Both the position numbers and the translations under genes were made by a program. From an uncultured cyanobacterium (GTDB lineage: Bacteria > Cyanobacteriota > Cyanobacteriia > Phormidesmidales > Phormidesmidaceae), in assembly GCA_963793265.1 (NCBI GenBank), contig CAWBZI010000001.1, forward strand, positions 320,001-384,000: DNA of 64,000 bases, given 5' to 3'. Below are positions 31,812-41,407 of this stretch, in pieces. The notes beneath the pieces are model-generated. The model did no database searches and had not been told where the DNA came from. It saw only the letters and a program-made list of their open reading frames with translations. Within the stretch, counting starts at the first letter, position 1, and each line of letters opens with the position of its first letter.

Positions 31812-31985
31812 AAATGACTAGCGTTTTCGTCTGTATGAAGCAGCTCTGCGTCGTATTTTATACATTGACATAAAGCTGAATTGAAGTTTATATGGTTTAG
31901 GTCAAGTACAGTCTAAGTCTAGATAAAGACTAAGCAACGAAGGGTGTTTTTACCGATCCGATATACCTTCAGTTGAGAATTCTTC

Positions 31986-34900
31986 ATGGCAGATGTTTTA
32001 TCTACCTCAGCAATGAGTGCGATGGCGCACGGCAATTCGGCATTGGTGCATTTAATTAAAGGGATCAGCCCAACCCACGTTGCGGTTAATAGCGGCTCGT
32101 GGTTTGATCCGAATACCTGGCAGGGTAAGAGAGTGCCGAGTGATCGCGCCCGAGTGCTAATAGGCGAAGGCTTAACGGTGACCTATGACGGTGAAAGCGA
32201 CCAGCGAATTGATACGGTCGCAATTGAGGGGCACTTGAAGTTTGCGACAGCCCAAAGCACGAAGCTGATAGTTGAGACTATGCTGAATGGGCCGAGCGGC
32301 GTTTTGACAATTGGATCGCGATCGCAGCCAGTCATCTCCAATGAAACAGCTCAGATTGTATTTACGAGTGATCGCGCAGTCGGTGCGAACAAATCTTGGG
32401 ATCCCAAGCAGCTCACGAAGGGGCTAGTAAGCCATGGCAAAGTTAATATCTACGGAACAGATAAGCTAGATGCGGTTGCTTTAGTCGGCGATGCTTTGGC
32501 GGGCGATCGCACTCTCACCTTGAGCCAACGCCCCAAAGGCTGGCGCGTTGGCGACCAGATTGTTTTGGGCGGTACTCAGCGGTCAAAAAGCGGGACTCAT
32601 GCCGACAACTCGCTTTTTCAAGACGAAGTGCTCACCATTACCAGCATTCGTGGCAACAAAGTCAGCTTTATCAACAAAGATATTGCTGGCGAAAGCAACA
32701 ATGTTCTTAGGTATGACCACAAACGCCCAGACATAGCAGAAAAAGAGAGTCTGAGCCTATACGTTGCCAACACCACTCGCAACATCAGCTTTGCCACAGA
32801 AGGCGGCAATCGGGTGCCTATTCAGCACAGAGCGCACGTTATGTTCATGCATAACGCCGATGTGCAAGTACACAATGCGGGCTTTTACAATCTGGGCCGA
32901 ACCGATAAGTCAAAGCTAATCGATGATGTAGGCTCAAACGTAGACGGCTCGACCAGCAACGGCACCAATCCTAGAGGCCGCTACGCCCTTCACTTCCACC
33001 GCAACGGTGCAAATGACTTGAGCAGCACCGCCGCCGTTGCTAAAGGAAATGCGGTTGTTGGTAGCCCTGGCTGGGGAATTGTTCATCATGACAGCCACTT
33101 AAACGTTCGAGAGAATGTTGTTTTTGACGTAGCGGGGGCAGGTATTGCCGCAGAGTCAGGTAATGAAATTGGTATCTGGGAGAAAAATACCGTCATCAAA
33201 ACGACCGGTGCACCCACCTCGTTTGGACTACAGCATCCCTATCGCCGTCCGCTTTTTGACTTTGGTGTAGATGGTGATGCCTACTGGGTACAGGGAGCCG
33301 CTCAGGTTCGGATGCGAGATAATGTGGCTATTAGCTCAAATAAAACGGGGCTGACGTTATTTGGAGAGTCTTTAGATGGTGAGTTTTTTAAAGACGTAGA
33401 TACTATTGCAATTAGCAGCCTACCACCCAACATACAAAGACTATTTCCTGCCGATCAAACTGAGGTGGATGTAAATGACATTCCACTGCGAGAGCTGACA
33501 GGCTTTGAGAGCTACAACACCGAAACCGGGATGAACTTTTGGGCCCATATGACAAACCCGGATGCGACCGGTGAGTTTTTGGGTGGTGGCAGCGCGCGTA
33601 AAGGCGCTCATGACGGTCAGTCAAACGTTGAAGACTTCAAGCTGTGGGGAAACTACAGAGGGCTGCACGTTATTTACAGCGGTAATCTCAATTTTGAGAA
33701 CGGCCTGATTGTTAGCCATCGGCCAGACATACAGTCGGGCGTTGGCATTAAGCAAAATGGTGCGACGGTCAAGAGCCAGTACAACAACATCAATATTCAA
33801 GGGTTTGACCAGGGTATACACGTTGTATCACCTGCTGCTAAACGAGACATTGATCGTTCAGTAGCCACTATCAAAAACAGTCGATTTTCTAACAACAGAT
33901 ACCACTTAGCCAAAGTAGGACACAATCGGTCAGATGATTTTGATCGCTTTATGAAGCTAGAGAACAACAGCTTTGAAACAGACGGTCGCAACCAGGCTCC
34001 AGCGGCTCGGTTTGCCGCTCAGCCGATTGGTGGACTGGCAGTAGCCCTCTCTGGCGGTGAGTCTTCAGATGCCGATCCGATTGAGGGCCAGGTGGCGTAT
34101 CCGCTTGAAAGCAAGGGAATTGCAGCCTATGGTTGGGATTTTGACAGCGACGGGGTAATAGATAGCTTTGGTCGCCAGACGAAGCACTATTTTGAGCAGG
34201 CGGGCCAGCAAAACGTGACGCTTACCGTTTGGGATAATCAGGGCAAATCATCTACGCTGACCCAAACGATCGACGTGCAGCCGATGCCGTATGAAAATGC
34301 ATTCGTAAATGGAGACTTCAGCGTAAAAGCGCCGTCGTTTACGAGTCGGGGTGACGCGGAAGGCTGGGCAACTGAAGGCCGAGTAGCTCAGGGCGCGCTA
34401 AAGCTATCGTCGCCGGGCAAGTGGCATTCTTTTGCCAAGCAACAGGTTGATGATGAGCGGATGCGGCGAGGAAATCAAACGCTAAGCTTTGATCTAAAGA
34501 ACATTCAGGGCGCTGAGACAAACAATCCAAATCACTTCAATGAGGTAAGCGTTTTACTGTGGGGAATTAACGGTGAATTCGCAGATAATGTTCGCAGAAA
34601 AGACGGCATAGAACAGATTGGAACGCTGCCGCTAGAGAGCAATTTGCTTTTTAGAAGAGACTTTGGCGGGAAGTCGGGGGCGTTTTTTGACTGGAGAAGC
34701 TTTAGCGCTGAGGTTGATTTAAAGGAGGGTTACGACACTTTACTTTTCAAGGTAATGTCGCATAAAGCCTTTGGTGAAAACGATGTGGTTGCGATCGACA
34801 ATGTGTCTTTGGTGGATAGTGTGTCCTTGGTGGATAGTGTGTCTTTGGTGGATAGTGTGTCTTCGGTAAGTCGCGATCGCCTTGATAGCAATGGTACAAC

Positions 34901-35609
34901 TTCCTCACAGCCCATTGCCGCGCTGTCTTTTGATCGCGGCATCGGCAAAACGGCTGTAGATGACTCTGGCTTTAACAATGCCGGTAAGCTCTATGGCAAT
35001 GCGGCTCGGGTAGAGCACGAAGCGGGATATGCCGTTACGTTTGATGGGGAAGGCGATGGCATCACGCTCAACAGCTCAGCAGACATCAATCTAGGCATTC
35101 ACACTCAGCGAACGGTATCACTGTGGTTCAACCCCGGCGATCTCTCAGATCCGACTGCAAAAAACGCTGATCCGCAGGTACTCTACGAAGAAGGCGGTGC
35201 TGCTCGTGGCCTCAATGTGTATATCGATAAAGATAGGCTTTATGTCGGCGGCTGGAACCAACCTGCCAGTGAGAGTGCATGGGAAGGCACCTGGCTAAGC
35301 ACCGATCAGCTTGAGGCAAATAGCTGGCAGCATGTTGCTCTGGTGCTTGAGGGTGACACCACAACTCGCGAGAATGCTTTTAGCGCTTACTTCAACGGTC
35401 AACTGTTTGCAGCGGGCGAGGGGTCGCAGCTATGGGGGCACCCAGGAGGTATAGGCTTGGGAAGCATCCACAACACAACGCGCTTTCATGGCGATCGCGT
35501 GGCCAGAAGTGGTCATGAACTGACGGGCGCACTAGATGAGGTGAAAATCTTTAACGATGCGCTGAGTGCTAGTGAGATACAAACGTTGGCAACAGCGTTT
35601 TCACTTTAG
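31986..35609 (+). CDS. Large G8-domain / beta-helix protein with PKD and C-terminal LamG domains
   Basis: SGSWFDPNTW (G8), GRYALHFH, AYGWDFDSDG..VTLTVWDNQG (PKD), WQHVALV..LDEVKIFNDALS (LamG). Confidence 0.85.
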   Translation: MADVLSTSAMSAMAHGNSALVHLIKGISPTHVAVNSGSWFDPNTWQGKRVPSDRARVLIGEGLTVTYDGESDQRIDTVAIEGHLKFATAQSTKLIVETMLNGPSGVLTIGSRSQPVISNETAQIVFTSDRAVGANKSWDPKQLTKGLVSHGKVNIYGTDKLDAVALVGDALAGDRTLTLSQRPKGWRVGDQIVLGGTQRSKSGTHADNSLFQDEVLTITSIRGNKVSFINKDIAGESNNVLRYDHKRPDIAEKESLSLYVANTTRNISFATEGGNRVPIQHRAHVMFMHNADVQVHNAGFYNLGRTDKSKLIDDVGSNVDGSTSNGTNPRGRYALHFHRNGANDLSSTAAVAKGNAVVGSPGWGIVHHDSHLNVRENVVFDVAGAGIAAESGNEIGIWEKNTVIKTTGAPTSFGLQHPYRRPLFDFGVDGDAYWVQGAAQVRMRDNVAISSNKTGLTLFGESLDGEFFKDVDTIAISSLPPNIQRLFPADQTEVDVNDIPLRELTGFESYNTETGMNFWAHMTNPDATGEFLGGGSARKGAHDGQSNVEDFKLWGNYRGLHVIYSGNLNFENGLIVSHRPDIQSGVGIKQNGATVKSQYNNINIQGFDQGIHVVSPAAKRDIDRSVATIKNSRFSNNRYHLAKVGHNRSDDFDRFMKLENNSFETDGRNQAPAARFAAQPIGGLAVALSGGESSDADPIEGQVAYPLESKGIAAYGWDFDSDGVIDSFGRQTKHYFEQAGQQNVTLTVWDNQGKSSTLTQTIDVQPMPYENAFVNGDFSVKAPSFTSRGDAEGWATEGRVAQGALKLSSPGKWHSFAKQQVDDERMRRGNQTLSFDLKNIQGAETNNPNHFNEVSVLLWGINGEFADNVRRKDGIEQIGTLPLESNLLFRRDFGGKSGAFFDWRSFSAEVDLKEGYDTLLFKVMSHKAFGENDVVAIDNVSLVDSVSLVDSVSLVDSVSSVSRDRLDSNGTTSSQPIAALSFDRGIGKTAVDDSGFNNAGKLYGNAARVEHEAGYAVTFDGEGDGITLNSSADINLGIHTQRTVSLWFNPGDLSDPTAKNADPQVLYEEGGAARGLNVYIDKDRLYVGGWNQPASESAWEGTWLSTDQLEANSWQHVALVLEGDTTTRENAFSAYFNGQLFAAGEGSQLWGHPGGIGLGSIHNTTRFHGDRVARSGHELTGALDEVKIFNDALSASEIQTLATAFSL
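34803..34867 (+). repeat. 18-bp in-frame tandem repeat (about 3.6 copies) encoding VSLVDS
   Basis: GTGTCYTTGGTGGATAGT at 34803, 34821 and 34839, plus a partial fourth copy. Confidence 0.9.
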
Positions 35610-35631
35610 CGCCAAAAGTCATCGGGCGTTG

Positions 35632-36738
35632 TCAGAAGTCATTTACTGAAAGTTGCTTTTTTGAAAGCCGCTCAGCTTTGTTGATCATTTCATCAACAAA
35701 GTCGCTGGCGAGCATCTGTGTAAACCTCTCTGCGCCCGCTTCGATCATATGATCTTTGTTAAACCTTTGATCTACATCATAGAGCCATTTAAAGCGGTTA
35801 GGGTCTTTGTAAGTCAGTACCGTATCAACAATATTGAGCTGTTGGGCGATCGTGTAGGGTTTGTCTAAAACGGTATCGCACGCCTCTATATAGACAGGCG
35901 AGGCCCCGGCTGCTTGGACTATTTCATTAATGCGCTCTAAGAGTTTTACCTTGTGAGGACTCAAAAGGGGCTGACCCGTTTCCGGGTCTATCTCAGGTTC
36001 CCATGTTCTAAGCGCGGCTACGCTCTGCATATAGCTTGGGATGCTTTGCAAAAAGAGGGCTCGGGCCGCTTGGAGTTCGGCATCGTAGGGCGGGGCAATG
36101 GCTGAATAGCCCTGGGTTTTGATCAGTTTGGAGCGATCGCGCTGAACCAAGTCGCTCGGTACCATAACGTCTGCAAGCCGACCTAGATTGAGCTGATTGT
36201 AAAAGCAGGATAGTAAATGGGGCCGTAGCAGCACGACTTTCTTATGCCATCTTCGGTTGGCTCCAAGCACATATTCAGCGGCCCTACGAGTATTTTTCAA
36301 GCTGTGCCAATACACCGAACGGGGCGTTTTAACGCCAGCTTTTAGCTCACCGTCGTACAGGTCATAGTTAATAAAAACCCATCTCAGGTTCTTAGGCGGA
36401 TTGGCGAGCACCCTTTCTAAGAACAGTTCACCTTCAATATCGAACATAGCAGGGATGCCGAAGTTGTAGCTGGTTGTAGAGAGATTTGAGGAATGGGCGA
36501 TCGCATCAAACTGCTGAGGATCGATATGATTATAGGTTTGACTAGAGCCAAAGAACAACACATTATAATTGTCTTTACGCGCCTGGTAGTATTCGTATTT
36601 AGCGCTAATAAAGTCAATATTTGAGGGCAGTTTTGTATTGGGAATGAGCTGACCTAAAAGAACAACAGCGATTAAAAAAGAAAGCAGCGCCATCAGGCCA
36701 TACTTAACCTGCGAATAGAAAGAGATTTGCTTGCTCAT
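35632..36738 (-). CDS. Hypothetical membrane-anchored protein, SGNH/DltD-like
   Basis: N-terminal TM segment, FFGSSQT, SYNFGIPA, DH motif (FNKDHM); ATG at 36738 is the likely start. Confidence 0.65.
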   Translation of the reverse strand: MSKQISFYSQVKYGLMALLSFLIAVVLLGQLIPNTKLPSNIDFISAKYEYYQARKDNYNVLFFGSSQTYNHIDPQQFDAIAHSSNLSTTSYNFGIPAMFDIEGELFLERVLANPPKNLRWVFINYDLYDGELKAGVKTPRSVYWHSLKNTRRAAEYVLGANRRWHKKVVLLRPHLLSCFYNQLNLGRLADVMVPSDLVQRDRSKLIKTQGYSAIAPPYDAELQAARALFLQSIPSYMQSVAALRTWEPEIDPETGQPLLSPHKVKLLERINEIVQAAGASPVYIEACDTVLDKPYTIAQQLNIVDTVLTYKDPNRFKWLYDVDQRFNKDHMIEAGAERFTQMLASDFVDEMINKAERLSKKQLSVNDF

Positions 36739-37074
36739 GAGCCTGTAGACTGCTTGTTTTAGACAAATGTAGCTACCCCCTTCCACATAATCGCACATGA
36801 CAGATAAATAGCTGTATCTTCATATTGCCGTTGTAGCGACAAACAGCCGTATATATCTCATTTATCGGCTAACTCGTGAATTGACTTCAAGCTCATCCTT
36901 TGGACGTATGTCCAAAGGATGCTATCTCCATAAATTACAGCATTGTAATCTAAACGCTCTCAATCACTATTTTTTCGCTACTAAGATAAAAGAAATGAAT
37001 CTTTGTTTTGTTGAAAAAACAAGTTTCATTCCTACCTATTGTTCAACAACCTAATACAAGGTCAAAAATAGTTT

Positions 37075-37671
37075 ATGCGTTTCCCCAACCCCCTTAAGCC
37101 CTTCAACAAAATTGCCGGTATAGCGGCTGCGTTGATGATTTTGCCAGTCGCCATAGCCTGCGATAGCACCACTACCGAGACGGTAGATCCGGCGGCTGAT
37201 ACAGTGACTGAAGTGCCCGCAGCCACCGAGCCAGTCGCCACTGGCGAGACAATCGTCGATGTGGCCGCTAGCAACGGTTCGTTCGATACTTTAGTCGCTG
37301 CCATCCAAGCGGCTGGCTTAGCAGAAACCCTCAGTGGTGAAGGCCCCTACACTGTTTTTGCACCGACAGACGAGGCTTTTGCAGCTCTCCCTGAAGGCAC
37401 CTTGGAGCAGCTACTCCTGCCTGAAAACCAAGAAGCCCTCACGCAGATATTGACCTACCACGTGGTTGCTGGCGAAGTGCCTTCTAGCGATGTCACAACT
37501 GGCATGGTGCCTACTGTTGAAGGCGATGACCTAGATGTTGTTGCCGATGCAGGCAGCGTTACGGTTAACGGTGCAAATGTTACTCAGCCTGACATAGCAG
37601 CTAGCAACGGTGTCATCCACGTTATTGATACTGTGCTGGTGCCGTCTTCTGTTGATATTGCCGCACTCTAA
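37075..37671 (+). CDS. Fasciclin (FAS1) domain lipoprotein
   Basis: Lipobox-like [37 protein letters not shown]. Confidence 0.92.
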   Translation: MRFPNPLKPFNKIAGIAAALMILPVAIACDSTTTETVDPAADTVTEVPAATEPVATGETIVDVAASNGSFDTLVAAIQAAGLAETLSGEGPYTVFAPTDEAFAALPEGTLEQLLLPENQEALTQILTYHVVAGEVPSSDVTTGMVPTVEGDDLDVVADAGSVTVNGANVTQPDIAASNGVIHVIDTVLVPSSVDIAAL

Positions 37672-37689
37672 TACCGTGCTTTAACAGAA

Positions 37690-37721
37690 AAGCCCATTGT
37701 CTTTCAGCAGATGATGGGCTT
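37690..37721 (+). terminator. Hairpin after the fasciclin gene
   Basis: AAGCCCATTGTCT / AGATGATGGGCTT stem. Confidence 0.55.
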
Positions 37722-37796
37722 GGAGCTTTGCCACTTCCCGTATCCCTTTGCTATACAATACAAGGCATTCATCAGGCAAAATACTATGGGATAGTA

Positions 37797-38423
37797 ATGG
37801 CCACTATCAACTTCAACACCTCTAATACGACCTTCCGTCAGCTACTAGGCAACGGTCTTACTTATCGTTTACTGACTTCCGAGCAAGAGAGAATATATAA
37901 CGATATTGCGCGTAATATCTCTAACAATGTGTACACAGATCACTCTCAAGTAGAGGAAGCACTGCGCAGCCTTTATCCTGACGACGGACTGTTTAAAGGA
38001 GCATTTGCCGAAAAAGAGCTAAAAACTACTAGCAGCCGAAATAAAAAAGTCGTTCGCTATCTGCTGTTTGAGATTGAGAAGCAGCGTTCTGGGAAAAAGT
38101 TTGATGCTGAGAGTGCAACCTACAATCTGGAGCATATTCTACCGGAGAATCCTTCTGAAGCGTGGAACTATATTGACGAAGCTAAGCAAAATCGCCTGAT
38201 CTACCGATTGGGTAATATGACGCCGCTCGAAACTAAGCTGGATTGGAATATTGGCAATGCCAGCTATGCCGATAAAAGGGCGGTGTTTGAGAGCAGTGAT
38301 TTTCAGATCACGCGGGCGATCACAGAGCACTACGATATTTGGGACGAACAGAAGATAGAGAGCAGACAAAAGCAGCTTGCGAATATTGCTGCTGGAATCT
38401 GGCGAATTGATTTTGGTAAGTGA
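37797..38423 (+). pseudogene. Internally deleted DUF262-DUF1524 (GmrSD-like) nuclease
   Basis: DUF262-type start [24 protein letters not shown] lacks the following P.FQR.Y.W motif and joins directly to a C-terminal HNH/DUF1524 region ([16 protein letters not shown]). Confidence 0.7.
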
Positions 38424-38543
38424 AGCAAAAGTCAACTTAATTGTGTGAACATAGCTGCTTCAGCAGTACGTGTTGAAACAAAACAATACCCGCAAAGACT
38501 GTAAGCCTAGCGAGGATCGTAAAATCAATGATTTACTTATCGA

Positions 38544-38590
38544 AGCTGGTGATCCGACTCGAACGGACGACCGGCTGATCACAAATCAGT
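38544..38590 (-). mobile_element. 3' half of tRNA-Thr(UGU), putative att-site remnant
   Basis: Minus strand ACTGA-TTTGTGA-TCAGC-CGGTC-GTCCG-TTCGAGT-CGGAT-CACCAGC-T gives anticodon arm, T-arm and 3' acceptor strand; no D-arm or 5' acceptor strand upstream. Confidence 0.8.
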
Positions 38591-38658
38591 TAGTCTAGTT
38601 CCCGAAAACCCTTACGGCATATGGGTTTAGAGAGGTGCAAGTTTTTGATTTTTAGTCC

Positions 38659-38680
38659 GTACCCCAATCTGTACCCCAAT
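38659..38680 (+). repeat. Direct repeat GTACCCCAAT x2, candidate integrase arm-type sites
   Basis: Exact 10-mers at 38659 and 38671, about 70 bp from the tRNA fragment. Confidence 0.6.
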
Positions 38681-39189
38681 AATGAATCTTGATAGTCCTG
38701 TGCGCTCAGCTGCTCTACATCTTTGTATGCTTTCTCTAAGCAATGTTGGGCTGTATAGTTCAAACGTGGTTGCTTAGGTGGACTCGTAGAAGATCAGCAG
38801 CGAGAAGCTTTCGACACCCCGCTTGATAAGCAATGTAAGAGCAAGTTGGCCGAAGCAGATACACAGGAACTAAAATCTTTAATGCAGCTCTACCGTCGCG
38901 GTATACTTCACGGAGCAAAGACTTCTCAAGTCGCTGTTCAGCGCAGCTTTGTGGCTCCTTTAAATGTACGTGAGCCAATTATCTGTAGAAGTATATAGTG
39001 CAGTTGAGTAAAGCAGCGACATGTCCTCGAAAGCCTGCCAGTGAAAGAGTGGAATGGCAATCACCATGCCTCGATAAATGCCCTGCAGTTCCTCAACGAC
39101 ATAGAAATTAAGGGTGTTTGCTTTCCCAGCAGCCTGTCGCGCGTACTCTACGAGAAGGCAAAGCCTACGAATCGCGTTACCCGCTTCTC

Positions 39190-40800
39190 TTAACACCGAA
39201 TGTTCAACACTTCTCGCAATCGCATCTGGTCGTCACCTTTGATTTTGAAGCGACCTCTTTCTACGTCTCGAATCCAACTCTGGCTTTTACCTAGTCGCTC
39301 GGCTAGGGCTCGCTGACTCAGTTTTTGCTGCTGGCGCGCAGCATTAATCTCATGTCCCGAAAGTTCTTGCTTCTCCTTTGCTACGGCCCAGCGTTTAGAC
39401 TTCTGACGACTTTTTTTCGGCTTGCGCCGCCGAACATTTCCCTGCCATTCATCGGAGAGTTCAAAGCCCAAAATACGCGCATTGAGCAGGCGCTGCCACT
39501 TATCTCTGGGGGCACTATCGGTAAGGCCGTTGTCTCGGGTGGCATCTTCAATCCAAAAATCAAGCGCATCATCAACATCATCAGGAATTTCGGTTACTTT
39601 AAACCAAAACGGCTGAATATCGGCGGGATAGGTGACGGGATCAAACAGTGGTTTGAGTCCGTAGTGATAGAGCGTTTCGAGATCGCTCTCGAATGTTTTG
39701 AGCAGCCGTTTATGAGCGCCTCGCACGGTTCTCGCTTGTTGCAGCCGAGCTTTCCCATAAGCAATTTCCAGGAGCGTGCTCACTTTCAAGCGCTGGTCGC
39801 CTCCAAGCCTAAGCTTAAACAAATTCCATAACAACAACCGAATGGCTCCCTCATGTTGTTGCCAGTTATTCATGACTTCTTTGATCAGCGATTGGGGTAG
39901 GACACCGTACTGATAAAAGGCCGTTTGGGCGCGATATTCATGCTTGTTGAGAAAGTGCTTGGCCCACAGACCCGATTGAATAGTGAAGCCTAGACCAATT
40001 AGATGTTGAGTCCCTTGAGCGCCTTCGTCAAAGTAGTATTGCGTGTCGAGTAGCTGCCAAACAGGATGTTCGTCTAAGCTAAACGCATTGACTTTTCCCT
40101 GTCTGGGCCAGTCCAGAGAAACCAGGATTTGGCAGGATTGGTAAACCAGATTTTTGATCAGCGTAAGCTTCTCTAATTTGCTTAGGTCTTTGCGCTTATC
40201 GAGCCCTAAATATTTTTCAATGTGCTGATCGTTAATTACAAAAGATTGTTGCCAGGGGTGCTCAAGGGTCATCGCATGCGCTGCAAAGATGAGATGAACG
40301 CAGGCGGCGCGAATATCGAACTGGGCGATCGCCTTACTTGCCTGATCTACCGGCATGGGGACATCCTCATCGGCTTCAGGATCTGCTGCTAATCGAAACC
40401 GTATTTCACCTCTATTGCGATTTACAGACCGTCGATAACAGAGCTGACCGTCAGCATCAGGTTGCCAGGGTAGCGCTTCTCGCTGGGACAGAACGTTACA
40501 GGTCTCCCACATCACCATGCAAGAGGCAAAAGGGGAGGTTTTTTGATTGATGAAGATACTAGGAATGGCGACCGGTAGCAGCGTGCTTTTACAGCGACCT
40601 TTTTTGGGCTGTAGGGGCACCAGTGCATCGACCTCACAAGTCTGTATGCACAGGGGTACTGCTAGATCTGGGCAACCATCGCACAGCGTCGGATCGATCC
40701 AGTAAGTACCTTGCTTTTCGTCAGGCTTAATAGCTCCATTGGGGCATTGAGCCTGACAAACATTGCAGGAAATACAGTTATCCTTAACGGTGTAAGTCAT
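39190..40800 (-). CDS. cnfR: CnfR/PatB-type nif transcriptional activator (copy A)
   Basis: N-terminal 2x[4Fe-4S] motifs (CISCNVCQAQCP; CDGC-x7-CIQTC); C-terminal XRE HTH LSQRALAERLGKSQSWIRDVERGR; next to the nif cluster. Confidence 0.9.
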   Translation of the reverse strand: MTYTVKDNCISCNVCQAQCPNGAIKPDEKQGTYWIDPTLCDGCPDLAVPLCIQTCEVDALVPLQPKKGRCKSTLLPVAIPSIFINQKTSPFASCMVMWETCNVLSQREALPWQPDADGQLCYRRSVNRNRGEIRFRLAADPEADEDVPMPVDQASKAIAQFDIRAACVHLIFAAHAMTLEHPWQQSFVINDQHIEKYLGLDKRKDLSKLEKLTLIKNLVYQSCQILVSLDWPRQGKVNAFSLDEHPVWQLLDTQYYFDEGAQGTQHLIGLGFTIQSGLWAKHFLNKHEYRAQTAFYQYGVLPQSLIKEVMNNWQQHEGAIRLLLWNLFKLRLGGDQRLKVSTLLEIAYGKARLQQARTVRGAHKRLLKTFESDLETLYHYGLKPLFDPVTYPADIQPFWFKVTEIPDDVDDALDFWIEDATRDNGLTDSAPRDKWQRLLNARILGFELSDEWQGNVRRRKPKKSRQKSKRWAVAKEKQELSGHEINAARQQQKLSQRALAERLGKSQSWIRDVERGRFKIKGDDQMRLREVLNIRC

Positions 40801-41407
40801 GGTGGAAGTAGCCTGCTAATAAACAAAGCAGGTAGGTGGTGTTCTCTTTGGCATTCTCCTCAAACTCTCTTTAAAACTTTTCTCTACGCCGCAAGTTTCT
40901 CTAAATTCGCAACACATAGTGCTCTAACTTTATGTGCGCTAACTTTACTAATTGAAGCAGTTGATTTAATTGACTTTTCAAATTCTAGGCTATTAAGATT
41001 AGCCGCTTGTTCTCGGCTAGATTCACTTATGTACCTTGAAACATAAAAGAACCTACTTGAACCTACTATGTTATAAACTGATGAAAAAGAAAGAGATTAG
41101 ACGGAAAGAGATTAGACAGATTTCTTCTTGCTTTTGCATTTGTCTATTCATTCTCACTTGTTGATATAGGTATAACAACTCAGCATTTTCTATTCTATCT
41201 AATTCGATACAGTTTAATATTTTCTTTATCAATAGTTCAAAGCCTGTTTGAAGCGATTTGAATGTATTAAGATATGAAAGATAGTAGGCCGCTAAAAGAT
41301 TCTGAGAATTCTAGAATTCTCAGAGATAAGAGAGTAGATCAATAGGCAAATTATCTATCGTTTGGATTAGCTAATTCTTGTTTAACTAACGTTTTTGTGA
41401 ATTAGAA

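Noticed and set aside
38544..38590. Functional tRNA-Thr gene
   Set aside because: No D-arm or 5' acceptor strand (GCTGGTG expected), and G at position 37 of the anticodon loop; treated as an att remnant
38690..39190. Integrase or transposase next to the att scar; ORFs 38760..38978 and 38960..39196
   Set aside because: No tyrosine-recombinase or DDE motifs recognisable. A + strand stretch (EADTQELKSLMQLYRRGILH) faintly resembles a decayed small antitoxin-like gene but is too weak to call
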